A stretch of 61,736 bases of DNA from an uncultured bacterium (GTDB taxonomy: Bacteria > Patescibacteriota > Minisyncoccia > Phycocordibacterales > PALSA-1337): NCBI GenBank assembly GCA_903905325.1, contig CAIVGA010000055.1, positions 1 to 61,736 of the forward strand. Reading direction: 5' to 3'. Shown piece after piece: positions 35,517 to 46,445 of the stretch; within the stretch, counting starts at the first letter, position 1, and every line of letters starts with the position of its first letter. The notes under the pieces are model-generated. The model was not told the DNA's origin. It did no database searches and saw only the letters and a list, made by a program, of their open reading frames with translations. The position numbers and the translations under genes were made by a program.

Positions 35517-37700
35517 ATGGATAACCAGAAACCACAGAATAACAATAAACCGATAAATAACGGAATCAACTTCCCACATCGTAAATTCGTAAGACCAGTA
35601 CAAACGCGAATATTACGCATGGATGGATCCTCAACTTCACCAGCACCGTCGACGTCACCAACATCGAATACTGCACGACCTGCCACTTCGGTAGCTTCAA
35701 ATACACCAAATGGTCACCGTATTGTGCTTGGTAAAGGAGCACGTCGAATCTTTGGAGACAAAAAAGGGCTAGGAAATCACGGCCATCATAACAACCACAA
35801 CCAACATATTCCAACTTCATCAAATACCCATTCACCTATGCGCACACCCTCACATACACCCGTTCATGCTCCAATACACACAGGCAGACCTGCAAACATG
35901 CCTTCCAAACCCGCCAAACACATCGCGGGTGCACGTATGAACATTATGCGTAAGGCTTCACGCCCCGGGAAAAGACCTGGCCCTCATGCTGGCTCTACCA
36001 AGAAAGCTGACGACATAATTCCACCGCTTGCCGATGGAGCTATTCGTATTATCCCACTTGGCGGAGTAGAAGAAGTCGGTCGCAACATGACCGCTATTGA
36101 ATATAAGAACGACATCATTATTGTTGACATCGGTTTCCAATTCAAAGAAGAAGGGACTCCTGGCGTCGATTATATTTTGCCAAACACAAAATATCTCGAA
36201 GAGCGTATTGATAAGATTCGCGCAGTATTCATAACTCATGGTCACCTTGACCACATCGGTGGTATTCCTTATATCATGCCACGTATCGGCAACCCACCTC
36301 TTTATACTCGTCAGTTTGGTGGAATTCTTATACAAAAACGCCAGACCGAATTCCCTGGCTTACCACCAATAGACATGAAAGTTATTACTGGTAATGAAAA
36401 TATCGTTATAAGTCCGACTCTCAAAGTCGAGACATTTCCTATTTCTCACACAATTCCAGATTCAATGGGTCTCATTATCCACACTGGTATTGGAGATATT
36501 GTCTTTATCGAAGATGTGCGCGTTGATAACGTAAATGGAGTTCCGACAGCCGAGGAGGAAAAACAATATTCTCGCTTTATTGGAAAAGATACTCTTCTTT
36601 TGACAATGGACTCAACCAGTATCGAAAAGCACGGTTTCTCTCTTTCAGAAAATACTGTCACAGACAATATAGAAAAAGTTATTAAAGGTACAACAGGTCG
36701 TATCATTATTGGTACTTTTGCTTCTCAGGTTGAACGAATAATCAATATCATCAAGATCGCCGAGAAATATAATAAAAAAATCGCGATCGAAGGTCGTAGT
36801 ATGAAGACCAACATCGAGATTGTTAGACAACTCGGACTTACAGATACAAAATGTATCATTCCTGTTGAAGAGATAGAAAATTATCCACCAGATAGAATCG
36901 TCATGCTCGTCACAGGATCTCAAGGTGAAGAGTTCGCTGCGCTTATGCGTATCGCCAACAAATCTCACAAATTCGTGCGTTTGAAACCCACAGACACTAT
37001 TATTCTTTCCTCTTCTATTATTCCAGTCAATTACTTGGCAGTAATGAAGCTCAAAGACAATTTGTATCGTTCAGAGGCTAAAGTTATAACTTACCTCGAC
37101 TCCGACATTCACGCTTCTGGTCACGGAAATCGCGATGAGCTCAAATGGATTCATGAGCATATCAAATATCGTTTCTTCATGCCTGTGCATGGAAACCACT
37201 TCATGTTGCGTCAACACGCAGAACTTGCCCACTCACTCGGTGTGCCAAAAGAAAATGTCGTTGTTCCAAACAATGGATCTCTCGTAGAAATTGATCCGAC
37301 TGGTAAAACAATTTCTATTAGAAAAGAACATGCACCATCTGGACTTATATTCGTTGATGGATTCTCCGTCGGTGATGCACAGGAAGTCGTTATCCGTGAT
37401 CGTCAAATGCTCGCTCAAGATGGTATTTTTATCGTTTTTGGAATCATCGATGGTGCAACAGGTAAACTCAAAAAATCTCCTGATATTATTTCACGTGGTT
37501 TCGTTTATCTTCGCGAATCACAAGAACTTTTACACGAAGTGCGCATACTAATAAAAGATACAGTCACAAAGTCATCAGCTGGTATGACGCCTATAAACAT
37601 CGATTTTATCAAAGAAAATATTACAGATGCGGTTAGCAAGTATCTTCTACAGAAGACTGCCAAAAGACCTATGGTTATACCAGTTATTTTGACGATTTAG
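35517..37700 (+). CDS. rnj: Ribonuclease J with ~175-aa low-complexity basic N-terminal extension
   Basis: IIPLGGVEEVGRNM, HGHLDHIGG (beta-lactamase HxHxDH), beta-CASP and C-terminal domains. The N-terminus is rich in P/H/T/N/S. Confidence 0.9.
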   Translation: MDNQKPQNNNKPINNGINFPHRKFVRPVQTRILRMDGSSTSPAPSTSPTSNTARPATSVASNTPNGHRIVLGKGARRIFGDKKGLGNHGHHNNHNQHIPTSSNTHSPMRTPSHTPVHAPIHTGRPANMPSKPAKHIAGARMNIMRKASRPGKRPGPHAGSTKKADDIIPPLADGAIRIIPLGGVEEVGRNMTAIEYKNDIIIVDIGFQFKEEGTPGVDYILPNTKYLEERIDKIRAVFITHGHLDHIGGIPYIMPRIGNPPLYTRQFGGILIQKRQTEFPGLPPIDMKVITGNENIVISPTLKVETFPISHTIPDSMGLIIHTGIGDIVFIEDVRVDNVNGVPTAEEEKQYSRFIGKDTLLLTMDSTSIEKHGFSLSENTVTDNIEKVIKGTTGRIIIGTFASQVERIINIIKIAEKYNKKIAIEGRSMKTNIEIVRQLGLTDTKCIIPVEEIENYPPDRIVMLVTGSQGEEFAALMRIANKSHKFVRLKPTDTIILSSSIIPVNYLAVMKLKDNLYRSEAKVITYLDSDIHASGHGNRDELKWIHEHIKYRFFMPVHGNHFMLRQHAELAHSLGVPKENVVVPNNGSLVEIDPTGKTISIRKEHAPSGLIFVDGFSVGDAQEVVIRDRQMLAQDGIFIVFGIIDGATGKLKKSPDIISRGFVYLRESQELLHEVRILIKDTVTKSSAGMTPINIDFIKENITDAVSKYLLQKTAKRPMVIPVILTI

Positions 37701-37714
37701 CTAATTTTGACTAT

Positions 37715-39073
37715 TTACAATCCACTCAAAGGATCAATCTGAAGAGCTTGGATTGATGCTGCTTTTGCTATGGCCTGATTACCATATCCAGCAATAGCTC
37801 TTGATTTACTACAACTACTTCCAGAAAAATATTTACAAGCTGCATTGCGTTCTGCTGTATACCCACCATTACCAGCACCTAGATTGCTCAAATATAATGC
37901 TGACGCCATGAAGGCATGCTCTGGATTCCAAGGATTTGGCATAGTAGAAATTCCCAAAAGCGATGCGATGTCATCCTTCATGAGCATCCAAGTAGAAGGA
38001 ATAAACTGTGCTGGCCCCATAGCTCCTCCCCAACCACCCACTGATACTTGCTGACACGACACTACTGTTCGTGTTGGATCTAATCCAAGTGTTTGAGTAA
38101 TTTGTAGAAAAGGCTGAACATCACGACCTGGTTTCATCACCGAAGAAGATGGCAGACCAGTCGATGCAAATACCCCATCTCCAGTCTGTTGATTAGTTAG
38201 ATAGCAGTTTCCAACATTTGCACCAAGTGCAGATTCGTTAGTCAAAATAGCAAGAAGAAAAGCCGGTCTAACACCTGTCTTTTTTTGAGCTTCCAAGGCA
38301 TACCTATAAGCGTCGCCGAATTGGATTTGTTGCCCTCCACCAGCTAGAGGAAACAAGGCCGCTCTGATCTGCGCGGCGCGAGACTGTTTTTGTGCAAGCA
38401 AACTCGTATATGCTTTTTCATTTCCTTTACTTATAGAGAGAAGCTGCTGTTTTTGCTTTTGATCCGCAGTGATTTGGTTTTGCTGTTGTTGAATTGCATA
38501 TCTCGCATCAATCTCCGTATTTCTCCTCGTGTCTAAAGCATCTTTTTCAACCGTTGTCGAAGCTTGATCGGCCTGAAGTTGGTCAAAAGTATCTTGCAAA
38601 CTATTTTGTATCGACTGGAAGGTGTCCAAGTCTTCAAAAACTCCAGAAACACTTGTCTGAGACAAAAGTATTTGCTCTACGGAATTCGAATCGATCTCTC
38701 TCATTTTCCTCAAAATATCTGCCAAAGATTGCTTTCCACTATCTATATGAGCCTGTAAATCAGTAATATGTTGCTGTTTGGCTCCGATATCATTCCCAAG
38801 TGTTTGAATAAGAAGATTCTTGGCTTTTATGTTAAGTTGAGCCGTCTTTATACGAGCGGTCAAAACAGAAATGTCTCGACTAATCGAGGCACTTTGTGAT
38901 TGAGCATCAGTGAGTTGTTGTTGGGCTACAGCTTCATCAGCTTCAACCTGTCGTAGTTCCGCTTGAAGCTGGGCTTTTTGGGTGTCAGTCAAGGTTTGAG
39001 CATGAGTAATAGGTGTAGCAAAAAAAATGGCTATACCAAGCAAAATACATACAAAAATTGACCTAAATCGCAT
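37715..39073 (-). CDS. Secreted coiled-coil protein with C-terminal lytic transglycosylase (MltB/SLT-like) domain
   Basis: Signal peptide ..FFATPITHAQ, ~200-aa Gln-rich coiled coil, then LAILTNESALG ... GGWGGAMGPAQFIPSTW. Confidence 0.75.
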   Translation of the reverse strand: MRFRSIFVCILLGIAIFFATPITHAQTLTDTQKAQLQAELRQVEADEAVAQQQLTDAQSQSASISRDISVLTARIKTAQLNIKAKNLLIQTLGNDIGAKQQHITDLQAHIDSGKQSLADILRKMREIDSNSVEQILLSQTSVSGVFEDLDTFQSIQNSLQDTFDQLQADQASTTVEKDALDTRRNTEIDARYAIQQQQNQITADQKQKQQLLSISKGNEKAYTSLLAQKQSRAAQIRAALFPLAGGGQQIQFGDAYRYALEAQKKTGVRPAFLLAILTNESALGANVGNCYLTNQQTGDGVFASTGLPSSSVMKPGRDVQPFLQITQTLGLDPTRTVVSCQQVSVGGWGGAMGPAQFIPSTWMLMKDDIASLLGISTMPNPWNPEHAFMASALYLSNLGAGNGGYTAERNAACKYFSGSSCSKSRAIAGYGNQAIAKAASIQALQIDPLSGL

Positions 39074-39100
39074 ACACGAATTATATCACGTAAAATGTTT

Positions 39101-39820
39101 TTATTTCTTACCTCCAGAGTCTTTCTTGTCACCACCCTTTGCATCACCTTTTGGAGTGGCAGCACCTTTGCCTGCATCAGCAGAGCCTTCTTCACCTTCT
39201 TTGACTTCCTTACCCTTTGCCTCAACTTCTATAGAAGCCATATCGATAGCGACTGGTGCTTCTTCAACTTCCTCCTTTGCTTCAGCGATAGATGCGACAA
39301 CGTCTTCTGGGTTTGTCTTGAGAGTAACACCAGCAGTCAAAATGATATCCTTTACCTTGATAACATCCGTGAGCGTAGCGAGCTTTGAAATATCAACAGT
39401 GACTTCATGTGGAAGATCACGAGGAGCAGCTTCGATCTTTAGTTCACGATGAACCTTAACGAGAATACCACCGAGATCCTTAACCGCAGGAGAAACACCA
39501 GCAAAAATAATTGGAACACTAACTTCAACCTTTTTACCCTTTTCAATTACATAAAAATCTACGTGTAAAGGTTCGCCAGAAAGTGGATGTATAGCGACGT
39601 CGTGAATAAGAGCTTCGTGCTCATTTCCCTTTGCATCTTTGAGAATAATAACCGAAGATTCACCGGCCTTTTTCCAGACTTTCTTGAAATCAATCAAAGA
39701 AACTGAAGCGTTGGTACTTGCCTCCTTTGGACCATAAAAAACCGCAGGAAGTAGGCCTTCTGCGCGAACAGAATCAAGCTTTCCGACGCGTTCTCGTGCT
39801 GTAACAGATAAAGTTAACAT
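39101..39820 (-). CDS. rplY: 50S ribosomal protein L25 / general stress protein Ctc, with charged C-terminal tail
   Basis: RAEGLLPAVFYGPKE...HDVAIHPLSGEPLHVDFY...VPIIF.G.SPAVK.LGG.L. Confidence 0.88.
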   Translation of the reverse strand: MLTLSVTARERVGKLDSVRAEGLLPAVFYGPKEASTNASVSLIDFKKVWKKAGESSVIILKDAKGNEHEALIHDVAIHPLSGEPLHVDFYVIEKGKKVEVSVPIIFAGVSPAVKDLGGILVKVHRELKIEAAPRDLPHEVTVDISKLATLTDVIKVKDIILTAGVTLKTNPEDVVASIAEAKEEVEEAPVAIDMASIEVEAKGKEVKEGEEGSADAGKGAATPKGDAKGGDKKDSGGKK

Positions 39821-39859
39821 GGGGCATATCTTCTCATATACGAGCTAAAAAGGCAAGTC

Positions 39860-40831
39860 TTACCACACCCCATTCCTCGGCTTCCCCCCTTCTAGAACAT
39901 CTATAATATTCCTAGCGGCAATCTGCGCCATATCATTGCGAGCGTCGATAGAAGCAGAAGCAATATGTGGGGTCAGAACAACGTTTGGAAGTTCAGCAAG
40001 ACCAGCTGCGAGTTTTGGTTCATTTTCAAAAACATCAAGACCAGCACCTGTGATAACACCAGCCTTCAAAGCTTCAACTAAGGCTACCTCGTCGATAACA
40101 GGCCCACGTGAAGTATTTACGAGGTATGCCGTAGGTTTCATCATTTTGAGACGAGCTTCATTTATCAAATGAGTAGTTTCTGGTGTCAAAGGAACATGTA
40201 AAGAAACAACATCGGCCTGTTTCAAAACTTCTTCAACAGTCGGCCAAAAAGTTGCATTATGTAGACTTTCAATTTTCTGATTGCGAGCCATGTCATGATA
40301 GGCCACACGCATACCAAATCCTTTTGAAGCAATACGCGCCACTTCTGTACCAATACGACCAGCGCCGATCAAGCCGAGTGTCTTCCCTGCCAATTTTATT
40401 CCTGGCAAAAGCATCGGATCCCAACCAACATATTGTCCAGAACAAATATATCTATCACCTTCAACTATTCTACGAGTCATAGCGAGTATGAGAGCGAAAG
40501 TATGTTCGGCGACATGATCAGCTCCACCACCTGGTGCATTGGATAAATAGACTCCACGTTTCTTACCTTCAACAACATCAAAATTGTCATAGCCGATAGT
40601 GTAGTTAGCAAAAATTTTCACGCTTGGCGCCACAGAAAAAACTTCCGCATCGATTTTGTCGGTGAGAAGTGAGAGAACAGCGTCATAAGGCTTGGCTTTC
40701 AAAGTGGCGATCAATTCGGCTTTTGTCATCGGTCGATCAAACTGGTTAACGTCAACTTCGTAACCTTGATTACGTAGAATTGTCGTTGCAAGTTCTGGTA
40801 ACTTTCTAGTTATAAAAACTGATTTGGCCAT
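39860..40831 (-). CDS. D-isomer-specific 2-hydroxyacid dehydrogenase (glyoxylate/hydroxypyruvate reductase-like)
   Basis: GLIGAGRIGTEVARIA NAD fold, ..LVNTSRGPVIDE.AL..AL, ..AGLDVFE.EP, ..TPHIASAS. Confidence 0.88.
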   Translation of the reverse strand: MAKSVFITRKLPELATTILRNQGYEVDVNQFDRPMTKAELIATLKAKPYDAVLSLLTDKIDAEVFSVAPSVKIFANYTIGYDNFDVVEGKKRGVYLSNAPGGGADHVAEHTFALILAMTRRIVEGDRYICSGQYVGWDPMLLPGIKLAGKTLGLIGAGRIGTEVARIASKGFGMRVAYHDMARNQKIESLHNATFWPTVEEVLKQADVVSLHVPLTPETTHLINEARLKMMKPTAYLVNTSRGPVIDEVALVEALKAGVITGAGLDVFENEPKLAAGLAELPNVVLTPHIASASIDARNDMAQIAARNIIDVLEGGKPRNGVW

Positions 40832-40833
40832 TT

Positions 40834-41712
40834 TTAAATACCTGTTATAATGTGCAACTTTTCTTCAACAACTTTCTGCATAGCAAGCTTGGCGGGTCGC
40901 AAAAACTTGTAAGGTGCCACTTCGTCCGGATTTTCTGATAAAGATTTCATAAGACCAGTACGATATGCGATACGAAGTTCTGTATTTACATGAACAATCA
41001 CTACACCAGACTTTACTGTGTTACGAATATCATCGGCAGTGTTACCAGAGGCACCATGAAGAACTAGTGGAGTATCAGTTGCTTCAGAAATTTCTTTTAC
41101 TCGCTTTATATTGAGAGCTGGATCACCACCACGGACAACTCCGTGAATATTGCCAACAGCCGGAGCGAGCAAATCCACGCCAGTCTCTCGCACAAAACGA
41201 ATGGCAACATCAGGTTTTGTGAGCATAGCTTCGCCAACAGCGGCACCTTCTGGAATAGCATCAAGAATCTTTGATGAAGTTCCGATGAAGCCAAGCTCAC
41301 CTTCGACAATAATATCTCTTCCAGACTTGCGTGCGTAATCTACACATTGACGTGTAATTTTTATATTTTCTTCAAGCGACAACTGCGCGCCATCAAAAAT
41401 AACCGAATCAAATCCAGCGTCTATAGCTTCTTTCACTCGATCAAAAGAATAAGTATGGTCGGCGTTGAGGAAAATTCCTAGCGCGTTTTGACCATCTTTG
41501 GCTCGCTCCTCTCGAATTGTTTTGACAATAGCTGCAACTTCACGCACACCGACATAATCTCGCTCACCTTCGGATACGCCAATTATTACTGGAACCTTGA
41601 GTTCACGTGCAGCATCTACAACAGCCCAGATTCCATCTAGCGTAGAAATATTAAAATGACCAATGGCGGTATTCTTGGCACGAGCGTCAGCAATAGTTTC
41701 GCGGAGTGTCAT
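40834..41712 (-). CDS. fba: Class II fructose-bisphosphate aldolase family protein
   Basis: AIGHFNISTLDG, ..LNADHT.., PLVLHGASG. The start is set at MTLRETIADAR, since the track N-terminal extension is implausible. Confidence 0.88.
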   Translation of the reverse strand: MTLRETIADARAKNTAIGHFNISTLDGIWAVVDAARELKVPVIIGVSEGERDYVGVREVAAIVKTIREERAKDGQNALGIFLNADHTYSFDRVKEAIDAGFDSVIFDGAQLSLEENIKITRQCVDYARKSGRDIIVEGELGFIGTSSKILDAIPEGAAVGEAMLTKPDVAIRFVRETGVDLLAPAVGNIHGVVRGGDPALNIKRVKEISEATDTPLVLHGASGNTADDIRNTVKSGVVIVHVNTELRIAYRTGLMKSLSENPDEVAPYKFLRPAKLAMQKVVEEKLHIITGI

Positions 41713-41821
41713 GGAATTATTATAGCATGACGAGTATTGTCGCCAATGGTATAAATAGGTGGCAGAGTAAGAAATTTGATTATGGCAACAATACACCTAA
41801 GGTGACGGATCATCTCTTCCT

Positions 41822-41917
41822 AAATCATTGAGGTCGCAGAAAATTTTGTGTTACAAAAAAATGGCTTAAAATATATGGCAGACTTATACTTTTTTGTATT
41901 TGCGACCTCATTGTTTT
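41822..41917 (+). repeat. 96-bp inverted-repeat element, copy 2 (element orientation = plus strand)
   Basis: Arms CATTGAGGTCGCA (41826-41838) and TGCGACCTCATTG (41901-41913, one mismatch). The spacer is 62 nt. Core ATGGCTTAAAATATA at 41861-41875. Confidence 0.9.
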
Positions 41918-42079
41918 GCAGAAGAACAACTTATCGAGAGACGTCGAGAAAACCGCACAGCTTATCAGTATAAATGAAAAGGGCTCCTAAGGCACAAACA
42001 CCTTTCGGATCCCTCTTCGTCTGGATACACTACAAGTATACACAAATGCCAAAACGATGCAAAGTGCTATAATATCCCC

Positions 42080-43075
42080 ATGTTACGCAAACAGATTGAC
42101 ATACTCGCGATCGGTGACACTGTCACAGATGCTTTCATACGTTTGCGCGATGCGAACCTACATTGCAAATTAGATACCAATGCTTGTGAAATTTGTTTAC
42201 CTTTTGGTGACAAAGTTCCTTTTGAATATGTAAAAGTTATCAAAGCTGTCGGTAATGCCGCCAATGCTGCTGTATCTGGTGCACGACTCGGTCTCAATGT
42301 TGGCCTTATTTCAAATGTTGGCGATGATCAAAATGGAAAAGATTGCATTGTGGAACTTCGCAAGAACAATGTGGACACTTCCCTAATAAAGGTAAATAAA
42401 GACAAGCCGACAAATTATCATTTTGTTCTTTGGTATGATGAAGACCGTACAATTCTCGTGAATCACATTGAATATGATTACGTGCTTCCACATATCGATC
42501 CGCCAAAATGGATTTACCTGACATCAATGGCTTCCAACACACGTTCATATCACCAAGACATTGCTGACTACCTTGTAGCTCATCCGAAGGTTAAGCTAGC
42601 CTTCCAACCTGGAACTTTTCAAATGAGTCTAGGTATTGAGGAATTAAAAAGAATATATGAACGCACAGAACTTTTCATCGTCAATGTCGAAGAGGCTCAA
42701 AGAATTTTGCATGCAAAAACTCGCGACGTAAAAATACTTTTGAAAAAGATTCATGAGTATGGACCAAAGTTGGTTGCCATCACCGATAGTATTCAAGGTG
42801 CATATTTGTATGATGGTGAGCATTATTACCATGTACCAATGTATCCAGATCCAAAGGAAGCCTTCGAACGTACCGGATGTGGCGACGCATGGTCCTCTAC
42901 CTTCGTTTCTGCGCTCGCTATGGGCAAATCCCACCTCGAAGCACTCATATGGGCTCCTATCAACCCCATGTCAGTAGCACAGTTCATAGGCGCCCAAGAA
43001 GGCCTGCTTTCACTCGAACAACTAGAATGGTGGCTCGAAAGAGCTCCAGCGGATTATAAGGTGAAGGAGATATAG
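42080..43075 (+). CDS. PfkB-family carbohydrate/nucleoside kinase
   Basis: ILAIGDTVTD.., GG.AANAAV..ARLG, C-terminal TGCGDAWSSTFVSAL (DxxGAGD-type motif). TGcTATAAT at 42065-42073 lies 6 nt before the ATG. Confidence 0.85.
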   Translation: MLRKQIDILAIGDTVTDAFIRLRDANLHCKLDTNACEICLPFGDKVPFEYVKVIKAVGNAANAAVSGARLGLNVGLISNVGDDQNGKDCIVELRKNNVDTSLIKVNKDKPTNYHFVLWYDEDRTILVNHIEYDYVLPHIDPPKWIYLTSMASNTRSYHQDIADYLVAHPKVKLAFQPGTFQMSLGIEELKRIYERTELFIVNVEEAQRILHAKTRDVKILLKKIHEYGPKLVAITDSIQGAYLYDGEHYYHVPMYPDPKEAFERTGCGDAWSSTFVSALAMGKSHLEALIWAPINPMSVAQFIGAQEGLLSLEQLEWWLERAPADYKVKEI

Positions 43076-43172
43076 AATGAAGAATTTTAATTCAGATTGA
43101 CAACGACTTACAAAAACTGTAGGGTGAGTTTAGAATAGAAACTTCCGCAACCAATAACTCAGAGGAACTAAT

Positions 43173-43535
43173 ATGAAGATGACGGAACTCGAGATTGAAG
43201 AAGTAAGACTGACGTTAGTGGCACAATCTGAAATCATGAGAAGGCTTCGCGAAGCACAATTAACTGAGGATATCAATCAGATCATCGGGGGAAAGTTCCT
43301 CTTTGTGCCTGAAAACAAAGTCGGTGGTGCAATGATTCAAATATTCACTGTTGCCAGCATTGAAATCAGCCAAACATCGCCAAACTTCCTTCGACTCACG
43401 GTTGCAAATCAACCAAGCGGAGCGTTAGTGCCACGCCTTGTTGTCTACGTAAGTAACCAAAAACGCTGGCACTTATTTCATGAGCATCAGCTCGAGCACG
43501 GCGAAGGACACAAAGGATTTTTGAAGATGCTGTAA
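43173..43535 (+). CDS. Hypothetical small cytoplasmic protein (orphan D), Shine-Dalgarno-led
   Basis: AGAGGA at 43161-43166 lies 6 nt before the ATG. 120 aa with no motif. Confidence 0.55.
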   Translation: MKMTELEIEEVRLTLVAQSEIMRRLREAQLTEDINQIIGGKFLFVPENKVGGAMIQIFTVASIEISQTSPNFLRLTVANQPSGALVPRLVVYVSNQKRWHLFHEHQLEHGEGHKGFLKML

Positions 43536-43612
43536 ATCTGTCCGAAACAAGTATTTTGATATAGAAAAATTACCAACCAAATCACCAGTTTCCGTGAAAG
43601 CTGTGTGATTTT

Positions 43613-45600
<1,988 letters not shown>

Positions 45601-45650
45601 GATGACAGTATAGCAGGCGGCAAGGCCGCGCGGAAGTCTCGCGAATCCGC

Positions 45651-45688
45651 GCAAAGCAAAAGCCCCACAGTCTTGCGACTGCAGAGCT
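45651..45688 (-). terminator. Terminator of the RRM gene (stem stabilised by G-U pairs only on the minus-strand transcript)
   Basis: The minus strand reads AGCTCTGCAGTC-GCAA-GACTGTGGGGCT followed by TTTGCTTTGC. Confidence 0.65.
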
Positions 45689-45730
45689 TTTGTTAACAGA
45701 CGAATCTGTTCTCACGAACGAAGCGGAATA

Positions 45731-45991
45731 TTATTCGCGCTCAGTCTTTGGGCGAGCCTCAGAGACCACAATCTTGCGGCCATCGAGTTCACTACCGTTG
45801 AGCTTGGCAACTGCATCGCTAGCTGCAGCATCATCACTCATTGTGACGAAACCGAAACCACGTGAGCGGCCAGTCATCTTGTCCATAAGGACATTTGCTT
45901 CCTCAACTGCACCAACTGTTTCGAAGTGTTTCTTCAAAGAGTCGCTAGTTGTGCCCCATGCGATAGAGCCTACGAAAAGTCTTTTCGACAT
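45731..45991 (-). CDS. RRM (RNP-1/RNP-2) RNA-binding protein
   Basis: RNP-2 LFVGSI and RNP-1 RGFGFVTM. 86 aa. Confidence 0.92.
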   Translation of the reverse strand: MSKRLFVGSIAWGTTSDSLKKHFETVGAVEEANVLMDKMTGRSRGFGFVTMSDDAAASDAVAKLNGSELDGRKIVVSEARPKTERE

Positions 45992-46174
45992 TTGTTTTAT
46001 ACCCGCACCCCGACGATCTGCTTTCTACGAATCTCACTAAAACTAGGAGAACCTACGAAAGATAACGCGTTAGCGGAACTCTCGTACGTTAAGATAACGG
46101 TAAGGACGAGAAACTTACACGACGAAAGGATAGCAAATTGTAAGGTGAAAGTCAATGAGGAAATTGACCTGAGT

Positions 46175-46390
46175 TTAGTGATAATCCTGCTTACCAAATT
46201 GTATATCTCTAGCTTTTTGAGCAATAACCGCAGGATCTCCGACACCTTCTTCTAAATCTGAAATTAGTTGATTGAGAGCTGGAATTTCATAATCATTAGC
46301 CCCCATACCAGTCACTTCTTGTAAAGCGGCGCGCACAGTATTTAATGCTTCTTCTTTTGTAACCTTAGGCGATGATTCAATCTCTGGCAT
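46175..46390 (-). CDS. Small acidic hypothetical protein
   Basis: 71-aa ORF, helical and acidic, divergent from gatB. No motif. Confidence 0.45.
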   Translation of the reverse strand: MPEIESSPKVTKEEALNTVRAALQEVTGMGANDYEIPALNQLISDLEEGVGDPAVIAQKARDIQFGKQDYH

Positions 46391-46445
46391 ATGATTTAAA
46401 AACTATATACTTAATAAACGACATAAATATGTTAACATATCCTCT

